Shown here: positions 58,625 to 64,000 of the stretch, piece by piece
Layout: the number at the start of each line of letters is the position of its first letter
Position numbering within the stretch: the first letter of the stretch is position 1
IMG/VR virus record: IMGVR_UViG_3300033049_000013
Coordinates: 23,217-87,216 of that record
DNA length: 64,000 nucleotides
From: a virus
Strand: one strand, 5' to 3'
The notes under the pieces: generated by a model
What the model was told of the DNA's origin: nothing
What the model saw: only the letters and a program-made list of their open reading frames with translations
Database searches by the model: none
Translations under genes and position numbers: made by a program

Positions 58625-59695
58625 ATGCCTAGTACAAAAGAAGTTTTATCGAACAAGAACATCAAACAATTAGCTAAGAAATTCGGTATTCCGACTAACA
58701 AAGCTAATAGCTTAAAACCTGCAGTCTTATTGACATTGTTGAAAGAAACAATGTTAAATCATTCTGATTTACCTGATGATGAAGAAGCTGCCAATGCTTG
58801 GTATTTTGGTCTCATCAATCCTATCGTATCATCATTTGATAATGGTGATGATATTGATGACTTCATCGAGTCATTAGAATCTGAACCAGTTAAATCTGAT
58901 GATGATGCTGATGATGCTGAAGATTCACCTGTTGTAACAATGGGAGACCCAAATCTCGCATTCAAAGGGCAAACAGGTTACGTGACTATGCAACGTAAAA
59001 GAACCAATGATGAGCGTATCTACAAGATGTCAACTCAAGCTGACTTCAAAAAGAACAATGGTGAGTCACCTGTATTATTTCGTTGTGATGAAATCGCAGT
59101 GTTAGAAACTGGTGGTGGTCAAGGTGCAACGTCTTATAAAGATGTTATCATGCAAGGTAAACTGTATGATGAAGCAAATAGTACTGTTGGTAAAGAAATC
59201 TCTTTACAAACAAACACCAATTTGTTCAAAGCAATGAAAACTTCTATGTTTAAAGGCTTTGAATTTGATGGTGATGTACCTATTTTAGAAGGTGCAACTT
59301 GGTTAAACATCGTTGTTAAAGAACAAAAAGCTGGAGTAACTATCTCTCGTGTAACTGATGCTAAACAAGTAGCTGTTATTAAAGCTGCTAATGGTGAAAT
59401 CACATTACGCAAAAAGAAATCAGTTGGTTATATCTTTGATGCAACTGACTCTGACCAAGAATCATTTGTACGCTTCAAAGGTGTTGCTGCCGATGATGAT
59501 GTTCGTCGTATCAACGTTTACTTGGATAGAAAGAATACCAACAAAGCTGATGATGAGAGCTATGCTTCTCGTAAATCAATTGACTTTGCTAGTGCTCGTG
59601 CTAATGCAAAACAAGCAGGTGGTTTACTACAAGATTTGATTGACTCAGGATTGTCTGCTGCAGTTGCTCAAACTATCTTAATGGGTAAATTATAA
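58625..59695 (+). CDS. Probably highly expressed early protein of unknown function, 356 aa; likely start ATG 58625
   Basis: A-rich leader (AAAAACAAACAAC) before MPSTKE; frequent CGT/AAC/TTC/ATC codons; acidic linker; own terminator. Confidence 0.75.
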   Translation: MPSTKEVLSNKNIKQLAKKFGIPTNKANSLKPAVLLTLLKETMLNHSDLPDDEEAANAWYFGLINPIVSSFDNGDDIDDFIESLESEPVKSDDDADDAEDSPVVTMGDPNLAFKGQTGYVTMQRKRTNDERIYKMSTQADFKKNNGESPVLFRCDEIAVLETGGGQGATSYKDVIMQGKLYDEANSTVGKEISLQTNTNLFKAMKTSMFKGFEFDGDVPILEGATWLNIVVKEQKAGVTISRVTDAKQVAVIKAANGEITLRKKKSVGYIFDATDSDQESFVRFKGVAADDDVRRINVYLDRKNTNKADDESYASRKSIDFASARANAKQAGGLLQDLIDSGLSAAVAQTILMGKL

Positions 59696-59721
59696 GCAAT
59701 CGTAGCTTAATTGAAATATAT

Positions 59722-59757
59722 AAGAGTGTGTTGTCTAACGACTTCACGCTCTTTTTT
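59722..59757 (+). terminator. Intrinsic terminator
   Basis: AAGAGTGTG...CACGCTCTT followed by TTTT. Confidence 0.8.
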
Positions 59758-60283
59758 CAGTTAATTCCATTATCTTTTTTTCAATCAACGTTGCCTAAAT
59801 CAGGCAACACAAAGTAAATGGTGTGTTCGGGAAAAACCTAATCGGTGTTCGTCATTGGATACAAGGCAGATTTTCCCTACTGAGTATTCCTTCACTCCAG
59901 TCACATCCAGCATATTTGATTTATCAAATAACTCCGTCATCTCAAACACCTCAATCACTACAATCAATTCAAGCTCAACCACTTAGGTATGAGTCATAAC
60001 TAGCCTCGATTGTAGTTAAATGATGGGGAAATGATTGAGAATATGGAAGATATAGAGTAAATGAGTAGTCCTATCACTCCCCTCTTATAAACCCCCAATT
60101 CCACTCACTTCTCACAGACCCTCAATCTACCACATATACTATGTATTAGCCTAAAGCCATAATAAGCCCTCTAAGGCTCTAAACCGTTTTTGTTATAGAT
60201 AACACTAAAAGGGGAGCAAAACCTCTTTAAAACACCAAAATAATACCAATTAACATCATTTTACACCACAATTACATAAAACT

Positions 60284-60460
60284 ATGAAACGTTTAAGTAG
60301 CACACTTAAAAATTGTATCACAGATCCAAAGTTTATCATACTCAACATAATAAATGGAGTAGCATTGTATCAGTCTATAGCCAATGACGCATTTGGTCAA
60401 GTACTAACAATAATCATCATAATAAACATCGGATGGATTATAGTTGAACACAAGTTATAA
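60284..60460 (+). CDS. Small membrane protein, 58 aa (not in the ORF track)
   Basis: MKRLSSTLKNCITDPKFIILNIING...VLTIIIIINIGWIIVEHKL; CACCAC leader. Confidence 0.6.
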   Translation: MKRLSSTLKNCITDPKFIILNIINGVALYQSIANDAFGQVLTIIIIINIGWIIVEHKL

Positions 60461-60508
60461 ACTTCAATCACCACAATTACATAAAACAACTAAAAACAAT
60501 AAACTATT

Positions 60509-60817
60509 ATGAATACAGTTCAACCAACAGTACCAACAGTACCAGCTAAAGAAGATGTAAGAGATGCATTAGTAAACAGTATAATTGATTTTATACTAAG
60601 ATACGGCAAATCAATACCAGTAGAATATGTAGCTGGAAACCTTGACTGCATTTACTACATTCACATACTATCTAGTCCTGATGAACTAATCATACGATTC
60701 TCTACATTTGAAGAGAAGAAATATTACTTCATTGAGAATATTAGTACAGATGACTTATACGAATTAAATAGCATCGCTAAAGAAATAGTGGAACATAGTG
60801 AAAATCCACCAGCATAA
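60509..60817 (+). CDS. Hypothetical early protein, 102 aa
   Basis: ORF with CACCAC/A-rich leader. Confidence 0.7.
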   Translation: MNTVQPTVPTVPAKEDVRDALVNSIIDFILRYGKSIPVEYVAGNLDCIYYIHILSSPDELIIRFSTFEEKKYYFIENISTDDLYELNSIAKEIVEHSENPPA

Positions 60818-60857
60818 AACATCATTTTAACACCACTTTACATAAAACAATAGTAGC

Positions 60858-61310
60858 ATGAAATTCACAGTAACAGTAATAATGACTAAAACTACGAATC
60901 AAAATTTCACTCATACCACCGAAGGATATGAATTGGTTCAAGAGATTAGAAAGGATTTAGAACTACCTAATCTGGCAACAGACAGAATTAGCGAGTCTGT
61001 GACAAATCTAAGACATAATGATAATAGAATTATGCCAGGCTTCATAGAAGAAGTACCAACGGAACAAAGAACAGTTCAAGTCACAGATAATGACCTTAAT
61101 AAAATAGGTGACTTATTTGGCTCACTATGCCAGATCACCGTCAAAGTTGACGGATGTATATTAAAAGGAGAATTACAAGTAGAAAAAGGAGACAATGGCG
61201 AAGTGACCAATGTCTTTAATCGTTACACTATCAATGAAGGACTATTAATACAGTTGTTACAAGAACAATGTAGTCCTACAGAAGATGGGTTATATGAAAT
61301 AACACACTAA
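60858..61310 (+). CDS. Hypothetical early protein, 150 aa
   Basis: ORF with CACCAC/A-rich leader. Confidence 0.7.
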   Translation: MKFTVTVIMTKTTNQNFTHTTEGYELVQEIRKDLELPNLATDRISESVTNLRHNDNRIMPGFIEEVPTEQRTVQVTDNDLNKIGDLFGSLCQITVKVDGCILKGELQVEKGDNGEVTNVFNRYTINEGLLIQLLQEQCSPTEDGLYEITH

Positions 61311-61338
61311 TTTATTAGTGTAATCATAGAATATATAA

Positions 61339-61367
61339 TACCAGCCTGTTAATACAACAGGTTGGTA
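61339..61367 (+). other. Hairpin abutting the hammerhead
   Basis: TACCAGCCTGTT-AATAC-AACAGGTTGGTA; no U tract; the last 2 nt are shared with hammerhead stem III. Confidence 0.7.
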
Positions 61368-61428
61368 CTGTCGTTACTCCGATAAGAGTAGCCTGATGAG
61401 TAAAGGTTTTAACACCTACGAAACAGTA
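61366..61428 (+). ncRNA. Type III hammerhead ribozyme; predicted cleavage after C61372
   Basis: Stem III TACTG/CAGTA, GTC cleavage triplet, stem I GTTACTC-CGATAA-GAGTAGC, core CTGATGA, stem II GTA(AA)GGT-TTTAAC-ACCTAC, GAAA. Confidence 0.9.
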
Positions 61429-61457
61429 GTCAATCACCACATTAAATCCAATAAACC

Positions 61458-61748
61458 ATGAAACGAATTAAAGACAAAATAGCTGAATTAAACAAAGTCG
61501 TACCTATCACTGATAAGGACAGACTAAACAAAGCAGCTAGACGTATTCATTTCAACATAATGCTAATAGTAGAAGCTGAATTAGATAGACAAAATCTCCG
61601 TAAAATAGAATTAGCGGAGATAATGGAAATACCTAGAAGCAATCTAGCAGCATTATACTCAGGTAAAGTACTTCTAACGCTAAAGACTATCGTAAAGATA
61701 GAAATAGCATTAGATATGAAGATTGAATATTCACCACAAACAAATTAA
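61458..61748 (+). CDS. XRE/Cro-family HTH transcriptional regulator, 96 aa
   Basis: LRKIELAEIMEIPRSNLAALYSGKVLLTLKTIVKIEIALD. Confidence 0.8.
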   Translation: MKRIKDKIAELNKVVPITDKDRLNKAARRIHFNIMLIVEAELDRQNLRKIELAEIMEIPRSNLAALYSGKVLLTLKTIVKIEIALDMKIEYSPQTN

Positions 61749-61761
61749 AATATAACTAATC

Positions 61762-62199
61762 ATGAACACAGTAAACTTAGACTTCGACCTAGTAAACCAA
61801 GTAAAATCACCTGCTAACTTTCCAGAATGGTTTACACTATCGTACTTAGTAACCAAATTCTTTCAAGATACTGTAATGTCTGCATGGACTGACCAATCAA
61901 TATTAGATTGGAGAGCTAATGAAGATGGAACACTCAAACCTTATGCACCATGCGTAGAGCTATTTGCAATAGGCAAGAACAGCGGAGGTTCATTTGATGA
62001 CTTCCTGTACAATGCAAAGAAAGAAGCAATTGGAAACTATTATGTCTATAATGGTTCAATTTCAATGTTCAATTATAGAGAGTTTAATGCTCCTATAAAT
62101 GATTGGGAAGACCAATACCTAGCATTATATAATGCCAAGTATAATACCAAGTATGTTAGCCCATCAACGGTTAATATGAATATTATACGGAGTAAATAA
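61762..62199 (+). CDS. Hypothetical early protein, 145 aa
   Basis: ORF with CACCAC/A-rich leader. Confidence 0.7.
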   Translation: MNTVNLDFDLVNQVKSPANFPEWFTLSYLVTKFFQDTVMSAWTDQSILDWRANEDGTLKPYAPCVELFAIGKNSGGSFDDFLYNAKKEAIGNYYVYNGSISMFNYREFNAPINDWEDQYLALYNAKYNTKYVSPSTVNMNIIRSK

Positions 62200-62206
62200 C
62201 AATCAC

Positions 62207-62251
62207 TACATTAATAACCTATTATCTGTTAGGTAATAGGTTATTAATGTA
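62207..62251 (+). other. 21-bp intergenic hairpin
   Basis: TACATTAATAACCTATTATCT-GTT-AGGTAATAGGTTATTAATGTA, one G-U pair. Confidence 0.8.
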
Positions 62252-62298
62252 ACACTTTCAATTAAATTGTAATCACCACAAAATAAATAAAAACAATA

Positions 62299-62587
62299 AT
62301 GGCTAATACAAAAACAATTTCCACTAGTAAAGACATTAAGAAAACAACTAGAAACTAAATTAGTAGAATTAGTGATACTTCATACTAAATCTATTACATT
62401 ATCATACGAATCAGAACGTGTAGGTGAAGTAATAGGTATAAGTATCACTTCTAATGAACATAGACTATCAGTTATGTTCTTAATATCATCTGTTGAAGAT
62501 GAAAATGATTTAGATGTCAAAGTACTAACATTCGAGGCTATGGTCTTAGATGACCTGTTAGCTTTAAATGAACTACTATCTAAATAG
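62299..62587 (+). pseudogene. Early gene apparently split by a 1-nt frameshift (~95 aa if joined)
   Basis: The CACCAC-led ATG 62299 stops after 19 codons; the +1 frame is open from just after that ATG into ORF 62372..62587. Confidence 0.5.
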
Positions 62588-62636
62588 TAAGCTTACAGCA
62601 GCACAAAAGTAATTATTCACCACACAATAAACAATC

Positions 62637-62825
62637 ATGGTAAAGTTTAAAACAATAGTAATTTTAATAGCATTAGTGTGTTTAGATACATCTATATACT
62701 ATTATTATGATAACATTACTGACAATGGTTTTACTGTTGCTTACTATCTCATAGGACTACTAATAAATACTCTTGCTGGTATGTATCTAGGTAGCTTACA
62801 TCTTAAATACTTAATCTCTAAGTAA
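62637..62825 (+). CDS. Small two-TM membrane protein, 62 aa
   Basis: Two hydrophobic segments; CACCAC leader. Confidence 0.65.
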   Translation: MVKFKTIVILIALVCLDTSIYYYYDNITDNGFTVAYYLIGLLINTLAGMYLGSLHLKYLISK

Positions 62826-62938
62826 TTGAAAGATGATAACTGGTAGTTAATAGGTAATGGAAATTTCGAGTCAATAATAGCATCATAATCTGCTGCTATT
62901 ATTGACATACTAATATAATCGAGTTCAAACAAAACTAA

Positions 62939-63070
62939 GTGAAAAAACTAGAAAAAGAAATAGCAGCTATTGAATTACAAATAGATAATTGTGCAAACAC
63001 TGTAGAATTATTGAGCTTGTACAAGAAGCATAAAGAGTTACTAGAAGAGCTATTAGCACTAGAAAAGTAA
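62939..63070 (+). CDS. Small coiled-coil protein, 43 aa (GTG start; not in the ORF track)
   Basis: MKKLEKEIAAIELQIDNCANTVELLSLYKKHKELLEELLALEK; A-rich leader but no CACCAC. Confidence 0.5.
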   Translation: MKKLEKEIAAIELQIDNCANTVELLSLYKKHKELLEELLALEK

Positions 63071-63101
63071 TTATATTTAATCACCACTAAATCAATAACT
63101 T

Positions 63102-63437
63102 GTGACAGCAACTAAGACATTTCTAAACGGTCAGACTCATTATTCTGTAGGTAAATTCTTTTGTATTACCATTACTAAAGAAGAGTGGGATGAGTTAGTA
63201 AAACTCTATAAAAGAAAACCTACTGAGTTAAGTAGTGGTATGGAAATCATGTACTTAAGTCGTAATGAAGATATACCTAAAGAATTAGTATCTAAGTATG
63301 CTACCAAAATACTTGAGGCTCATCCTGTTAGTTGTAACGAAGAAAAAGTTAAAGAAGAAATCAAATATTTTGAGTATGAGTTATCTATACTTAAACGAAA
63401 TTTAGACCATTTAGCTGATATTAAAGCATTAATATAA
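63102..63437 (+). CDS. Hypothetical early protein, 111 aa
   Basis: GTG start with CACCAC leader. Confidence 0.65.
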   Translation: MTATKTFLNGQTHYSVGKFFCITITKEEWDELVKLYKRKPTELSSGMEIMYLSRNEDIPKELVSKYATKILEAHPVSCNEEKVKEEIKYFEYELSILKRNLDHLADIKALI

Positions 63438-63456
63438 TCACCACAAAACAATAATC

Positions 63457-63723
63457 ATGGCTAAGTTACAAAAGAAATTAGTAAGAGAAATCAAAAAGCT
63501 TAAAATAAAGATCTTCTATAAAGGCTTATACGATAGAGTATGGGAAGGTTATACGCAAGATACTTGTGAAGATGCTTATAAGAAAGGTTTTGTTAGAGTG
63601 TACGAAGCATATAGTTGCAGTAAAGGCTCTAGTGCCACTTATCGTAAATGTGCTTATGTGGATATACCATTCAATGGAAATATGCATTTTCACCCTAATC
63701 CTAACTCTCCTTATCTTACTTAA
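63457..63723 (+). CDS. Hypothetical basic early protein, 88 aa
   Basis: ATG with CACCAC leader. Confidence 0.65.
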   Translation: MAKLQKKLVREIKKLKIKIFYKGLYDRVWEGYTQDTCEDAYKKGFVRVYEAYSCSKGSSATYRKCAYVDIPFNGNMHFHPNPNSPYLT

Positions 63724-63761
63724 AAATATAAAATCTGAGTCGTCCCTTAGAAGTTTATGCC

Positions 63762-63802
63762 GACCATACTGTACCCTTATTTATGCAGTATGGTCATTTT
63801 TA
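63762..63802 (+). terminator. Terminator-like hairpin
   Basis: GACCATACTGTA...TGCAGTATGGTC then ATTTTT. Confidence 0.6.
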
Positions 63803-63824
63803 CTAACACCACAAAACAATAACC

Positions 63825-63953
63825 GTGAGCAATAAAGAAACCAGTAGTCATAAAGTACAAGTAGCAATAGTAATACTATTCATACTAATGTACTTATTCA
63901 GTGATAGTATACTAGACATAAGATATTATGTATGGTCATTACTATTATCATAA
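63825..63953 (+). CDS. Small membrane protein, 42 aa (GTG start; not in the ORF track)
   Basis: MSNKETSSHKVQVAIVILFILMYLFSDSILDIRYYVWSLLLS; CACCAC leader. Confidence 0.55.
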   Translation: MSNKETSSHKVQVAIVILFILMYLFSDSILDIRYYVWSLLLS

Positions 63954-63970
63954 CACCACAATAAGTAACA

Positions 63971-64000
63971 ATGATACTAATCAAATGTAAAGGACAATTT
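63971..64000 (+). CDS. Start of the next early gene (3'-truncated)
   Basis: ATG 11 nt after CACCAC; MILIKCKGQF... Confidence 0.45.
   Translation, partial: MILIKCKGQF

Larger units (their letters stand above)
60264..63959 (+). repeat. Dispersed CACCAC leader motif, 11 copies, each upstream of a start codon
   Basis: Copies start at 60264, 60469, 60831, 61435, 61732, 62274, 62618, 63082, 63439, 63807 and 63954. Confidence 0.85.

Noticed and set aside
60140-60190. TAAGCCCT segment reminiscent of a pistol or twister ribozyme
   Set aside because: No complementary pseudoknot partner or remaining core could be found by eye
58770-60690. Other CTGATGA matches on + (e.g. ~58773, ~58897, ~60678)
   Set aside because: They lie in coding sequence without flanking stems or a correctly placed GAAA/NUH
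60806-60813. CCACCAGC (reverse complement of E. coli Chi), and CACCAC read as Chi-like sites
   Set aside because: A single coding-region match; the CACCAC copies track start codons rather than being scattered as Chi sites are, and the host is not an enterobacterium
60252-60850. CACCAC-containing repeats as a CRISPR mini-array
   Set aside because: The repeats are degenerate, the intervening sequences are whole genes of variable length, and no cas genes are present
63566-63835. 89-aa ORF overlapping 63457..63723
   Set aside because: An alternate-frame overlap that runs through a terminator-like hairpin and lacks the early leader motif
1-64000. Stop-codon reassignment (TAG/TGA), known in some crAss-like phages
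   Set aside because: Terminase, portal, MCP and the giant genes are uninterrupted in code 11, and TAG serves as a real stop directly before the next start (e.g. 10057-10059)

Overview
This is a 64-kb, AT-rich segment of a large Bacteroidota phage with crAss-like (Crassvirales-type) gene order, read in standard code 11. About 2.3-58.1 kb is one minus-strand late/virion module. In transcription order it holds: wHTH and HU-like genes, a GroES-like gene, a Tad1-like anti-defence gene, a DEDDh exonuclease, a tail-collar protein, an amidase and spanin-like pair, the terminase large subunit, portal, a phage-encoded GroEL, a scaffold-like protein, the major capsid protein, ring/auxiliary capsid/hub/fibre genes, a holin, an IHF-like protein, a muzzle-like protein and large ejected cargo proteins. 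A further large virion-type gene enters from the left on the + strand and converges on a shared terminator. Beyond a divergent intergenic region (~58.1-58.6 kb) lies a + strand cluster of short early-type genes. The most interesting signals are at RNA level. (1) A complete type III hammerhead ribozyme (61366-61428) sits 29 nt upstream of an XRE-type regulator, inside an early region where a CACCAC box precedes 11 start codons and long hairpins separate genes, suggesting a post-transcriptionally processed early operon. (2) A dnaX-type -1 frameshift signal (A_AAA_AAG plus hairpin, 17823-17779, minus strand) would fuse two cargo ORFs into a ~932-aa protein. Also noted: a recurring xxxGG peptide motif across the cargo proteins, a probable cognate GroEL/GroES pair, and a Tad1-like protein with a ~100-aa insertion. 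All functional calls come from motifs and synteny recognised by eye; no database searches were run.
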